A DNA stretch of 64,000 nt, from contig NC_086097.1 in NCBI RefSeq assembly GCF_963921235.1, positions 126,978,001-127,042,000 of the forward strand, in the 5' to 3' direction. Both the position numbers and the translations under genes were made by a program. Every line of letters starts with the position of its first letter. Position 1 is the first letter of the stretch. Of the stretch, positions 25,215-38,580 are shown piece by piece. Below the pieces are notes generated by a model that was not told where the DNA came from, ran no database searches, and was given only the letters and a program-made list of their open reading frames with translations. The stretch is from Mobula hypostoma. Its lineage: Eukaryota.

Positions 25215-28130
25215 GAGACTGGGTGACCAACCACGAAAAGAGTGGTGACGACTGGAGAGTCAGTGACAGCCCGGAGAGACAGCAACCAGGGCAGAACGGG
25301 CTGGCAACCCAATCTGTGTCCTCTGAAAGGAGGACCCCCACATAAGCCACAAAGAATCTAGGAAAAGATACCCCCAGGGGTGCCCGAGAGGGGGGGAGGA
25401 TGAGCACCCCAGTCGGAAGGACACAATGACATCAGACCCAGGCAATGAACAAACGACGATGAGGAAGCAGTGTGCACGTGGCAGAATCTGCAAGAACGAT
25501 CGTGGCTTGAAGATCCACCAAGCGAGGATGAAGTGTTTGGCGGGAGCAGGAGCAGCACAACACGCAACTGTCCAACGTGGTGAGACGAAGGAAGGGCCAG
25601 GCCCGGAGTCACCCCATAGTGCCCGGAACCTCCAAGTGTTGCAAACTAATCCCTCGAACATGAGTAACAGGAGGCGGATCAAATGGTCTGCAGCTAACAT
25701 GACTTCACTGTGGAAGCAGTTTGATGAAGATGTTAACCAAATTCTGGAGGCAACGGCGAAGGGAGGGGCTGATAGGAAGATGCAAGCCATGACAACAATT
25801 ATTGTCAGTATCGCAGCTGAACGGTTCGGAGAAGAGGAGAAGGAAGGCTCCAAAACATCTTACTCGAAGAACCAAAGAGCATCGAGGATCCACAACATCA
25901 GGCAGGAGATGAAAGCGCTGAAGTCCCAATACAAGGAGGCAGGAGAAGAGGAGTGCATTGGCTTGGCCCAGCTGATGTGCATACTACGAAAGAAGATCAG
26001 GGTCCTCTGCCGGGCAGAGTGGCATTGGAGGCGGCAGCATGAAAGGGCTCGAAAACATGCTGCCTTTATCACCAATCCCTTCAAGTTCACCAAGGAGTTG
26101 CTGGGGGAGAAGCGCAGAGGGAAACTGGCCTGTTCACAGGTAGACTTAGACCAACATCTGAAGAAGATATATAATGATCCTGAAAGAGAGCAGGAGTTGG
26201 GAGAGTGCGACATCCTAATAGACCCACCTGAACCGGATGTGCAGTTCGACATGTCAGAGCTGCAGCTAAAGGAAGTCAGAGAGGTCGTCCGCAAAGCAAA
26301 GACAAGCTCGGCTCCAGGACTAAGCAACACCTCGTACAAAGTGTACAAGAATTGCCCCAAACTCCTGCTGCGTCTGTGGAAGGTCCTGAGAATCTTCTGG
26401 AGAAGGGGGAAAACCCCAGAGCAGTGGAGAGTGGCTGAAGGGGTGTGGATCCTGAAGGAGGAAAATGACACCCAGATAGATCAGTTTCACATCATCTCCC
26501 TGCTGTGTGTCGAGGCGAAGATCTTCTTCAGTGCAGTTTCTAAACGGCTCTTTAAGGGCCACAACATCCATTCAGGCAACCTGCACCGAGTTGGATGGCT
26601 GGCTGAGATCTGTGGACAAGTCTGGCCTACCTGGGAAGTTTAAAGCCTGGATGTATCAGCATGGCATTCTTCCCAGAATCCTATGGCCCCTCCTCATCTA
26701 TGCAGTCCCGATCTCGACAGTCGAAACCTTAGAGAGGAGGGTTAGCAACCACCTCAGGAGATGGCTGGGGCTGCCAAAGAGCCTGAGCAGCATCGCACTC
26801 TATGGACACCACAACAAACTGCAACTGCCCTTCAAATCCTTGGAGGAGGAATTCAAGGTAACAAGAGCCAGAGAAGTGCTACAGTACAGGGACTCAAGTG
26901 ACCCGAAGGTGGCTAGAGCAGGGATCCAAGTAAGTATTGGCAGGAAGTGGAGGGCAGAGGAAGCTGTTCAGGAGGCAGAGGCAAGGCTGCATCACAGGAG
27001 GCTGGTGGGAGTGGTCACACGAGGCCGAGCTGGGCTAGGATCCTTTCCAACTCCCCAAATGGACACCAGAGGGAAGGAAAGGCGTCATCTAGTTCAGGAG
27101 GAGGTGAGAGCAGTAGTGGAGGAGATGAGAGCCTGCAAGGCGGTGGGAATGAAGCAACAGGGAGCTTGGACAAGATGGGAGAATGCGGTTGAGAGGAAGG
27201 TGACCTGGGCTGATCTTTGGAAAGCCGAACCACACCGCATCCAATTTCTCATCCAGGCAGTGTACGATATGCTTCCAAGTCCATCAAACCTGCACACATG
27301 GGGCAAGGCAGAGTCATCTGCGTGCCCACTGTGCTCTAAGCGAGGAACCCTGGAGCACATCCTCAGCGGCTGTGCAAGGGCACTTGGTGAGGGACGGTAC
27401 AGGTGGAGGCATGATCAGGTCCTGAAGACCATCGCTGAAGCTGTCAGCGCAGGAGTTGAGTGGGCGAAGCGGTCCCGACCCTCCAAGCAGACCATTGCCT
27501 TTGTCAGAGCTGGGGAGCAGCCAATACCTGCCAACAGAACATCTGCAGGCATTCTGACCCCTGCAAGGGACTGGCAGCTGTTGGTGGACCCCGAAGGGCA
27601 GCTGAAGTTCCCCAACCATATCGCAGCCACCGCCCTGCAACCAGACGTTGTCCTAGTGTCTGAGTCGACTAAGCAAGTGGTGCTGCTGGAGCTGACAGTC
27701 CCATGGGAAGATAGCTTGGAAGAGGCCTTTGAAAGGAAGCTCTCCAAGTACGCAGGACTGGTCAGCAACTGTCAGCAGGCTGGATGGAGAGCGAGGTGTC
27801 TCCCAGTGGAGGTTGGTTGTAGGGGATTTGTAGCCCGTTCTTCAGTTAGAGCCTTCAGCATTTTGGGCATCGAGGGAGAGAGGAAGAGGAGAGCCATCCG
27901 CAGTACCACCAATGCGGCAGAGAGGGCCTCAAGATGGCTGTGGCTCAAAAGAGGGGAGCCATGGAGTCATAAGTAGCTAGCCATCTGGACACAAGCTGGG
28001 GTCTGATCAGCCCCGGCTGGGTCACCTGGGGGAGGCTGTATGACGTTGAAAGACCCGAAACACCCGATGATTCCAGGAACATCACTGAAGATGTGTCCAG
28101 AAGCATCAATAGATGTATGTACACAACAGT
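25215..28130 (+). mobile_element. Second, divergent HERO-like retrotransposon with internal deletion of the RT core
   Basis: Zinc finger CARGRICKNDRGLKIHQARMKC, GLPGKFK, CPLCSKRGTLEHILSGC, RHD, PDVV..ELTVPWE..K.SKY; no xxDD region, frameshifted junction near 26550. Confidence 0.9.
28025..28098 (+). ncRNA. Putative permuted hammerhead ribozyme in second HERO 3' UTR
   Basis: GGcUGUA (28034-40) pairs with GAAACACCC (28057-65); UGAcGUU (28041-47) pairs with AACAUCA (28078-84), followed by CUGAAGA (28085-91); extra helix CCUGG/CCAGG. Confidence 0.65.
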
Positions 28131-28510
28131 GTAATAGGGTAACGAATCACACAGCATCCACACAAACAGGGGTTTGGGGTGGGCTCGTGCCTCAACCTCA
28201 CAGGTTTGGCGGGGCCAAAGTTTGTCTTCCCTAGACTTACACAACTGACAGAACCAGAGTGTTTCATGAGCATATAATTATTAGTTTAATTAGTACGGCA
28301 CAATATTTTGGGCCAAAATGTCTCTCCTGCTTTTCTATACTCAATAGCCACTGTATTAGGAACCTATTGTCCCTAATTCAAGATTGCTTAATGTCAGTTC
28401 CAGTACAGAGGTGTAGAGGAGAATGAAGTAATTGTGACTCCGGATCTGATGCAGCACAAAAAAACACAAAACTAAATTATAATTTAAAAACACAATAAAT
28501 AAAAATACAT

Positions 28511-31500
28511 TGTGTTGCCCTTAAGGCATTTATTTGACTTTGTTGGGTCTACACTTTAAATGATTTGTTTGTAACTATTTTCTAGTAAAAGTTAAAGGTT
28601 GATAATTAAGTTACAGTATAACAGAGGTAAATTCATTGCCTATGGTATATCGCGGTTTGTGATGACGTCACCTCCGGTTTGCCGCAAGGATAGCTACAGA
28701 GTTAGAAGTGCTGACGCTACAACGAGAAACTGATGTGGCCACGGTGGAAGCACAGGTGTTGGAAAACGCTGAAGAAATGCATGTTCTAGACGAAAGAGGA
28801 AATTCTATGCCAGAAAGGGCCAAATTGGAACGCACCAGAGAATATGTCCAATCTCAAATTGACCTGCAGATTCATTCTTTCTCTCCATACTTGCCTGTTG
28901 GCGTCCCATCTCATGTGAAATCACAGGGAAGCTTCGTTACATCACATCCACCTGGGGAAGACAACTCACGGTATGAAAGGGCTGACTACAAATACTTCCC
29001 GACACCAAACTTACCAGACCCGGCGAGATCAGAGACAAAGGCTGAAGTCAGAACATCAAATCCCATCATGAACGTACACGCTCAGTCATATGTTCCCCAA
29101 CATATTCCCCCAGCTAGCACACCACCTGCAGCAGAACCCTTGGCACAGTATTTAGCACGACGAAACCTCGTCAATTCAGGACTGTACCAGTTTGACGATA
29201 AGCCTGAAAATTACTGTGCATGGTCCTCCTCATTCACCAGCGCCACCGGCGGAGTCCAGCTCACAGTAATCCAAGAGTTGGACCTTATGACTAAATGGCT
29301 GGGAAAGGAATCAAGTGAACAGGTGAAATGCATACGCTCAGTGTACATCAACAACCCCGAGCTAGCCTTACACAACGCATGGGAGAGACTGCGGGAGTGC
29401 TATGTGGCCCCTGAAATTATTGAGAGGGCGCTATTTCAACGGCTGGGCAATTTTCCTAGGGTGTCAGCCAAGGACCACACTAAATTACGAGAACTCGGAG
29501 ATTTACTCATGGAGATTCAAGATGCTATAGAAGACGGCTATTTAACTGGCCTGTCGTATCTGGATACTTCACGCGGAGTTGGACCAATTGTGGACAAGCT
29601 TCCATTTGGGCTGCAGGAAAGATGAATGTCTATTAGCTCAGAGTACAAGGAAGAGAACGGTGGTCGATTCCCTCCCTTTGAGTATTTTAGTAGGTTTGTG
29701 TGCAAGGAGGCGAAGAGGCGAAACGACCCTAGCTTCATGAATCAAGGCAGCACCACAACTCACACCAAGCCAGTCAAACCCATTTTGAACAATTTTGTCA
29801 TCAATAAACCGGTCTCAGTGCATAAAACTGAAGTCTCCGCAATCAACGATGATCCTAGCAAGAATTGTCCATTGCACAACATACCCCACCCCCTCAAAAA
29901 ATGTAGAATGTTTTGAAACAAACCCTTTGATGAAAGAAAGGCCCTTCTCAAGGAAAAAAGAATATGTTTTAAGTGCTGTTCCTCTGCCTCCCACCTCGCT
30001 GAAGAGTGTACGTTCCCCGTAAAGTGCTCAGAATGTAACAGCACTAATCACGATGGAGCCATGCATCCTGGCCCGTCACTGCAGACTGCCAAGGCTCCTC
30101 CACTCCCACAAGAGGATGGCGGGGAGGGAGAGCATCACTCTGATACAACTATTGTCGGCTTGAGCTGCACAGAAGTTTGCAGTCCAGGTCAGTCGAGCCG
30201 TTCGTGCTCAAAGATCTGCCTCAATAAGGTATACCCTAAGGGAGCCAAAGACAAAGCCATCAAAGCCGATGTAATACTGGATGACCAGAGCAACTGCTCA
30301 CTAGCGAGACCAGAGTTCTTCGAGTTGTTCAGCGTAAAGGGTAATCCATTCCCATACTACCTCAGAACTTGCCCTGGCATCACAGAAGCGATGGCAGGAA
30401 GGCAGAAGGCTTCCAGCTAGAGCCGCTGGATGGCAAAGTCGTCATCAGTCCCCCTCCACTCTCAGAGTGCAATGACATTTTGAATAACTGATCTGAGATT
30501 CTGATGCCAAGTGCAGTGCTACACCAGCCTCATCTCCACCACATTGCCAAGCACATCCCAGAACTGGATCGGGAAGCAGAAGTACTCCCGCTACTCGGAA
30601 GAGATGTTCTTAGGGTGCACAAGGTCAGGCAGCAGGTCAATAGACTACACAACGCCCCCTTTGCCCAACGTCTGGATCTGGGCTGGGTGGTGATAGGAGA
30701 GGTGTGCCCTGGCAATGTACACAAACCAATAGTTAACACGCTCAAGACTAACGTGCTAGAGAGAGGCCACCATTCAATTTCTCAGCCCTCCACAAGTGTT
30801 GTGTGTATCAAGGAAGCACAACAAAGGCACGACATAGTAAAGTAACTGAGAAGACACTGGGACAGTCAGTCTTCGCTCAAACTAAGCATGATAATAAAGT
30901 TGCTCCATCGGTGGAAGATGCCATCTTCTTAAAAATAATGGACACAAAGGTTTTTAAGGATGAAGCAAACAACTGGGTTGCTCCACTACCATTCAGAGAA
31001 TCATGCCAGCGCTTACCAAACAACAAAGAGCAGGCAGTCAACTGGTTCGCATCTTTACAACAAACTCTGGAAAGGAAACCTGAGACCAGTTACCGAGGTT
31101 GTTCTACTTCTACCTAAAGACTGATTTAAAGAGTTCTATACCATGTTTATAGTGACCTTACAAAGGTCAGGCGGGGAGTGTGTTGCCCTTAAGGCATTTA
31201 TTTGACTTTGTTGGGTCTACGCTTTAAATGATTTGTTTGTAACTATTTTCTAGTTAAAGTTAAAGGTTGACGTCACCTCCGGTTTGCCATGTCTTATGTG
31301 TAACCTCTGATTCGGGAAGGGATAAAGGTGGGTGCCATGCGTGCAGCATGATCGTGAAGAGCTCCGTTCTACCCACAAAGAAACATTATAGAAGCAACGC
31401 TGTAAGTTCCTACGGAAGTATTTGAAGTAAAAATATTAATGCGGTTTCTGTTAAGGAAGCGGCGGTTCTGGTGGCGCACGTGTCGGCTTTTCAATTTCAA

Positions 31501-31780
31501 ATGCGGGGTGGGCGCGGGCTTGGTGGCGGTTTGATGCGACCCCTCGCTCCCTACTTGGGGTGGCTGGAGACACTCGCTAAAAGAAGAGAGCGCGCGTGGT
31601 CTCCAGAATGAAACAGACGCTGTATATATTTGTATTTTTTTATCAACAGTTTTCACCATATGATGTTCATGTGGAAGAGTGAACAGTAAATGGTTAACCT
31701 TACTATGACTCTGTCTTCATTGGCTCCGGTTTAACTTGGTGTTTAGTCAGAGTTTCTACACACTGCATGAGAACACTACA
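28511..31780 (+). mobile_element. BEL/Pao LTR retrotransposon, internally deleted
   Basis: LTR starts repeated at 28511 and 31179, purine tract before the 3' LTR, 5-bp TSD tacat; gag FDDKPENY, Cys/His fingers, protease ILDDQSNCSL, LLGRD..LGWVVIG, APLPF..LPNN. Confidence 0.88.
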
Positions 31781-31785
31781 TACAT

Positions 31786-33250
31786 AATATAGCTTATATA
31801 CACAGATTGTATGTCCATAAAGTTATGTTAGGCTGTAAATAAGATGACAGACAGGAGATAATAAAATAGTGGTGGGAGCTAGTGGGTGGAGGTGTTGATC
31901 AGCCTTACTGCTTTGGAAAGTAACTTTGAGTCTGATTGTCCTAGCATGGATACTATGTAGCCTCCTGCCTGATGGGAGTGAGACAAATAGCCCATGAGCA
32001 GGATGTGTGGAATCCTTCATGATGTTGCTGGCTCTTTTCCGGCACAGTTCTGTATATAATATGTCGTTGGTGGTGGATAGGCTGGTGCCAGTGAAGTGTT
32101 AACACCCATTATAGAACCTTCTTGTCTGCCGCAGTGCAGTTTCCGTACCAAGCAGAGATACCGCTTGTCAGGATGCTCTCTACTGCGCCTCTGAAAAGTG
32201 ATGTGAGTGTGGATGTGCAAAGCCCAATCTCTTCAGTATCCTCAGAAAGTGGAAGCTTTGGTGAGCTTTCTTGCTTGTGCAGGATTCACTGTGGGACCAT
32301 GAGACGTGTGAGATGTGCACTCCCAGGAGTTTGAATCTGCCTGCAGTTTCCACTCTGTGCCACTGATGTAAGTAGCAAATTCCCCTGAAGTTGATAACCA
32401 TCTCCTTTGCCTTGTTGACATTAAGGAAGAGGTTGAGTGCCTGGCACCAGGCCTCAAGTTTTTCCACCTCCTTTCTCTGTAGGCCTTCTCTTCGTTGTTG
32501 GTGATTGTGTGGCACCACTGTTGTGTCATTGGCAAATTTGACGGTGAGATTGCTTGGAGTTTGGCCGTGCAGTCATGTATGAGCAAAATGTACAGCAGTG
32601 GCTTAGCACACGGCCCTGGGAGGGCGGGGAGGCACCTGTGTTGAGGATGATGGAGCAGGAGGAATGGTTGTGCATCCTGACTGTGAGATATGTTCATTAG
32701 GAAGTCTAACACCCAGTTGCACAGGGGTATATTTAATCAAAGCAATAGGAGTTTTCTCACCAAGGTCTGTGGGACAATAGTGTTGAATGTTGACATAAGT
32801 GTGACAGGGCCAGGTGCATGACATGGAGTGGCTTTATTGGTAAGCATATTGGTGAGTGTCCAACGTGACAGGAATGGAGTTTTTGATATGTGCCATTATC
32901 AGCTGTTCAGAGCCCTTCATGATGATTGGTGTCATTTCCACTGGGCGGTGGTCATTTAGTTCTGAAGGCGCAGAGTCCTTTGGTACAGGGATAATGGTGA
33001 CTGATTTGAAGCATGTGGAGCCAGCTGCCTGGATAAGTGAAGAGCTGGAAATGCCTTTGAAGATGACAGTGAGCTGGTGTGCCTGAGCACTTGACCTGGG
33101 ATACTATCTGGAAGGGCCGCCTTATAGGGGTCGATTCTCTGCAGAGTCCTTCTCTTGTCTGCTGCTGCTGTTGTTACAGTCAGTGGCTGCTCACCTGGAA
33201 GAGCGGCGTTAGCTTTTATGGTTGGCGATATGTTGCATGTGCGCATCAAA
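31786..33250 (-). mobile_element. Rex1-like LINE (3' tail continues at about 28380-28510, split by the BEL element)
   Basis: KDSTHPAHGLFVSLPSGRRL, LNVNKAKEMVINFR, KAALPDSIPGQVL. Confidence 0.75.
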
Positions 33251-36200
33251 GTTGCTTAGAGTATCAGGGAGGGAGGTGTCACTGGTACAGTTGACGCTGT
33301 TTTTCCTTGCTTAGTGTATTCATGGTGTTCAACTGCTGTAGCTCGTTCACTTCAAGGTTCAATGTGTTATGTGTTCAGATATGTACTTTTGAACACCACT
33401 GTTGTAACACATGGTTATTTGAACTACTGTCATCTTCCTGTCAATTTGAACTGCTGTAACCTTCCTTTCAATTTTATTATTATTACTTTGATGTCGCCAA
33501 ACTAGAGCGTACAATCATCACAGCGATATTTGATTCTGCGCTTCGCGCTTCCTGGAGTACAAATCGATAGAAAATATAATAAAAAAATTAAATTATAAGT
33601 CATAAATAGAAAATAGAAAAGGCAAAGTAAGGTAGTGCAAAAAAACCGAGAGGCAGGTCCGGATATTTGGAGGGTACGGCCCAGATCCGGGTCAGGATCC
33701 GTTCAGCAGTCTTATCACAGTTGGAAAGAAGCTGTTCCCAAATTTGAACCAATCTGGCAATTCTCCTCTGACCTCTCTCATTAACAGGGCATTTTTACCC
33801 ATAGAGCTGCCACTCACTAGATGTTTTTTGTCTTGCACGCTGTGAACTCTGCAAACTCTACATGAGAATTCCAGTTTATGAGATACTCAAACCACCACGT
33901 CTAGCACTAACAGTCATTTCATAGTCAAAGTCACCTAAGTCACGTTTCTTCTCCATTCTGTTGTTTGGGCTGAACAACAACTGAACCTCTTGAATATGTC
34001 TGCATGCTTTTATGCATTGAGTTGCTTCCACAGGATTGACTGATTAGAAATTTGCATTAGTGAGTGGGCATACAGGCGTACCTAATAAAGCGGCCACGAA
34101 GTGTATGTTCTAAAGTAGATCTCTTCCTCATATGCTCTGTCTGCCCTTCCCCACCCTTTTCTTTCCCACATCCTCCCCCACAAAAAATGGGCATGTGTGC
34201 TGTCAGCCAAACTTCTAAGAAGACTGAAACTAATAGATTGTTGCAGCTTGTGTTACCAGGCAGATATATATGCTGAGATACAGAGCAGCGTAAGGTAGCG
34301 GGTAGTGGCTCCATATGTCACTACTTCAGGGCGTGACGACCCTGCCTTACACAAGTCCCGGGCTCAGCTGGCTCCGGCTGACAATACCCGGTATGGGCCC
34401 CTATCCAGGGTTACAGACCCCACTGCCTTGTGGGTATCTTTGGGGGAAGAGAAGGCTAAGGAGTAAACCCTACACAAATCCAGAGGTAGTTGGATGACGT
34501 ATCACGTCACCTCCCGGCAGCTCCTGCAGCCAAGCTGATGCCAAATGTACTGCTTTGCATTCCTTTGGACTACATCCGTGAGGCGGATCTTGATGTCTGG
34601 GCAGCCCAGGATCTCCATATTCATTGTCCAGGTCTGCGCCACGGAATGGGCCCATCCGTGGTCTACTCAGACAGACAGAGCCATGATGATGACAGAGCAG
34701 CAATGATCTGTTTGAATGGCTTAACTAGCCTTTGCTTGTTCCTATGTTCATTGGGCAAGAACTCTTTAAGAGCTGCTAATTTTTCAATTTCATGGAGGTT
34801 TTGAATCATGGGGCATTGCTTAGTTAGAATGTGTGGGTAGGGTTTTATGGAACAGTAGTGCAATTGAGTGTAATACTCAATTTTTAAACAAAAACGGCTT
34901 CAGAAAAATCAGACTATCATATTAGCAAGCATTGCATACCATACTGATAAAACACTTTTAAATTTTGGAAAAGAAAAAGCATGCCTCGTGAGTTCTAGGA
35001 TTTTTATTTTGCAGGGCAGAATGCTGACTTATAAACATTGCAAACACTCTATCTGTCAGTAGGCTATAATAAATTGCCAGTGATTAACTATGACTACCTT
35101 GCAATGCAGAACGAGCTGTCAAATCAAATTTTTTAATATTGTGGTTTGGGAAGGATAACTTAAGAATCTGCTTGATACTCCTTCAGTAGAAAAAATTGAC
35201 CTTCAAACTGACATGAGCTTTCATTCTAGATGAGTATCCTGTGGAAAACAGAAGGCAGTGTCATAAGCTGTCATTTGAAATATCCGTGATGGAATGTCAT
35301 CTAAACTATCTCTTTTTCTTAGCTGCGAATATGTTTAGGATTTTGAAGGTCTAGCCAAAATCACAGAAGGTTCTTGGGAGAGCTACTGGAAACTCAGAGC
35401 TCCTGACTTTATGTTTATTTGGATTTATTAACTGTGGGATCACTTCTAACAGCTTGTTGTTTGTCACCTATGATGTAGATCTCAAAGTAATGAATAAAGG
35501 AGGATGTGGGGAAATAACAGAAAATTACATTGTAATTAGAAGTAGCAATTATCCACTATTATTTAGGCAGATCATAAGCGATAATCGTGTGGAGCCAACA
35601 ATATGAACAAGTGGACTATTTGTCCATTTGCATGGCTACATTTACCAATGTATCAATGTACCAGTCCAGATGAAGGGTCTTAACACTGTCCTTTTCCCTC
35701 CACAAATGCAGCCTAGCCTGCTGAGTTCCTCGAGCATCTTGTTTGTTGCTCCAGATTCCAGAATCAGCAGCCTCCTGTCTCTTTGCATCAATAACCTAGA
35801 CTGCTTTGCTGAAGTTAACCCAACAGATTTGCAAAGTCGGATGTTCTCTTGGAGAGTAGGGATTTTGAATTTCAGTTTTTTGGGTTCTGTATTATGGAGT
35901 ACTCCAACAATGCTGTAGTTGATGTAATGTAACCAACCAGCAGCTCCCCTTGGGTATCTTAAAATGGCCTTTAGGATCACATTAACCTGCTGTCATTCAA
36001 CGTGCCAACTGTTACACACTCTGTGTGCATGCGGGTGGGAATGCCCAAAAGGAGAAACTTAGTTCCAGCAGCTTCCGGAATCACGGTATGACACACTCAC
36101 CGTCACTGTTGGTTGAGCTGTTCACTGAGTACGATTTCTGTTCTTCAAAGGATGAAACAAGATCTGTAAAACAGATGTTTCTTCCCCATCAGCTGATTAG

Positions 36201-37080
36201 CGAAATTAAGCGTTTCTAAAATGGAAGCTGGGGGTATGGATTGAAATGCCTGAAGTGATAGTTTCCTTCTGTTAATATCTGGATTTTATATACTGGGATT
36301 GTCAACATATCGGGAAAAGTTTGAAGAACAGTATAACTGGGGGGTCATGAATAAATGCAGGGTGGAGCATCCCGCTTTAAGAAAACTCCTGGAGTGCCCT
36401 GACTGAAGGAGGGTGTTGACAGGCAGTGCTGGCTTTGTGACTGGAATCTGCGGAGGAGTCTTTAATTCACCGGCAAGCTGAAAGGAAGGCAGCTGTCACA
36501 ACAGCCAACCAGGACAAACTGTAGGAGGTGAGTTGTAGGCAAGAAAGCCAGACAGCACAAAGCCTAGGGCACTCAATCAACTCTGTAGGTCACTGCTTTA
36601 AAGTGGGGCATTTGGAAATGAAGTAATTTGCTTTTAGCAGAAAAGGGATGCTCCAATCTGTACAATAGCTGTATGTCAGTGATATTTACAGTCTTGTGCG
36701 GCGCAGTAGGTTTGTGCCATCGAAGTTAATCCTATGGCTATTGCAAATGCAGTGATCTGCTACCGCCAGTTTCTCCAGGTAACCCAAACAGATACATCTC
36801 CTGTGCTCCTTGATGTGGGTTTCCACTGTGCGTCCTGTCTGGCTGATGTACACCGCTCCTCCTTCACAAGGAATCCTGTAAACACCAGCAGTCCCGAGTC
36901 CCACGTCATCTTTGACTCTTCTAAGCTGTGATTTGAGCTCTCTTTACGAAACTGCTGTGGCCAATGGCTTTTGAGACCACCTAGTTAAGGAAACCATTGA
37001 AATAAAACTAGAGGGAAAGAATTTTAACAAAGATGACGTAAGAACTGGAATTCGATCGGAAACAAGATAGGATAGTGGAA

Positions 37081-37269
37081 CACGAGGAAATCTGCAGATG
37101 CTGGAATTTCAAGCAACACACATAAAAGTTGCTGATGAATGCAGCAGGCCAGGCAGCATCTGACGAAGGGTCTGACTAAGTCCTGACGAAGGGTCTCGGC
37201 CCGAAACGTCGTCTGTGCCTCTTCCTAGAGATGCTGCCTGGCCTGCTGCATTCACCAGCAACTTTTATG
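37081..37269. mobile_element. Palindromic Penelope pseudo-LTR mini-element
   Basis: Inverted arms, hammerhead core ctgacga...gaaacgtc at about 37183-37210, flanking repeat aggatagYggaa. Confidence 0.75.
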
Positions 37270-37323
37270 AGGATAGCGGAAACCTGATTGGATGAGGACT
37301 AACCAATCAGGAGGGACAGACGA

Positions 37324-37785
37324 TGATTTATACTTGTGCGTCAAATGTACGCCGTAAGTATTGCAGACCCTATGCCGTAGGGTGACGTGCACCTCCCCAA
37401 AAATATAACTTGTGCGTCGTGGCAACACAGACTGCAACAACTAGGACTGGTCTGCTTGGTAGCATCGCATTTCCTGATACGCATTTCCCGTTGCTTTTCT
37501 CCGCCATGTCTGTACATTGATGCGAAATAAATGGTTGGAGACGATGAACCAAATCGTCAAATCTACCTGCCGACATCAGAAAATATTTGAAGTGCATTTC
37601 CTCGTCCATGTCTGTCACGAAGAAACTCAACACAGTGGCATAGAAACCCCACTGCCAACTAGCGTTTTGGCGGTAAATTGCAGAGCGACACAGACACAAC
37701 TATGCATGCTCGCTATGGCGTAGGGCTACACAAAAGTATAAATCAGGCCTACGGCATAGCCCATACGCACAAGTATAAATCAGCC
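37324..37785 (-). mobile_element. PIF/Harbinger non-autonomous derivative
   Basis: TIR tgatttatacttgtgcgt / acgcacaagtataaatca; transposase remnant [23 protein letters not shown]. Confidence 0.7.
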
Positions 37786-38119
37786 TTAAGTACAGCCAGT
37801 CTAGACATGCCCAGGCATCATCCCTGATGAAGATGGCAGAGTTTGTCATTGAAACATCAGATAAGATTGATACCTGTACCCAGTTGGAAGCCCAAGAAAA
37901 GTTTATTCCTTGGTTAATGTTATAGGTTTACTTTTTATAGTTTGTGTGATTTGTTCCTTTTTTCCATACATTGGGAGTTTGATATTCTTGTTGTGTGGGG
38001 TTTTTCATTAAATGGGCTATTTTGTGGTTTTTTGTTTTGTGGCTGCTTGAAGGAAAAATGCCAAGGTTTTATACTGTATACATACTTTGATAATAAATGT
38101 GCTTTGAACTTCTTTTGCT

Positions 38120-38580
38120 GTATAGCCTGGGAATTAACATATGAGGAATGTTTGGCAGCTTTGGGAATGTACTCACTGGAAATTAGAAGAATGCGGGGGG
38201 ATCTCATTGAAACCTGCTGAATGTTGAAAGGACTAGATAGGGTGGATGTGGAGAGGATGTTTCCTGTGGTTGGGGTATCCAGAACTATAGGGCATAGCCT
38301 CAAAATTGAAGGGCGACCCTTAGAACAGAGGTAATGATGATTTTTTTTTTAGCCGGGGTGTGGTGAATCTGTGGAATGCTCTGCCACAGACTGCGGTGAA
38401 GGCCAAGTCCTGTGCGTATATTTAAGGCGGAAGTTGATTGTCTCCTGTTCGGTCAGGGCATCAAAGGATATGATGATAAGGCAGGTATAGGGGGTTGAGT
38501 GGGATCTGAGATCAGCCATGATGGAATAGCAGAGCAGACTCGATGGGCTAGATGGCCTAATTCTACTCCTGTGTCTTATG
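38120..38580 (+). mobile_element. CR1 3' fragment
   Basis: LTYEECLAALGMYSLEIRRMRGDLIET; CR1-type 3' UTR. Confidence 0.8.

Larger units (their letters stand above)
24755..28266 (+). mobile_element. Solo LTR (24755-25214 plus 28131-28266) split by the second HERO-like element
   Basis: TG...CA ends; colinear with the reverse complement of the uninterrupted LTR at 60389-60963. Confidence 0.75.
36686..37910. mobile_element. Penelope-like element with 5' inversion, carrying two nested insertions
   Basis: GIY-YIG GVYRIPCEGGAVYISQTGRTVETHIKEH on - strand (36686-36904); C-terminus LVKETIEIK..NFNKD on +; hammerhead-like ctgatga-stem-gaaacatc at 37824-37858. Confidence 0.75.

Noticed and set aside
33310..34105. 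Possible Tc1-derived MITE
   Set aside because: Only one terminus is recognisable and it is interrupted, so boundaries cannot be supported
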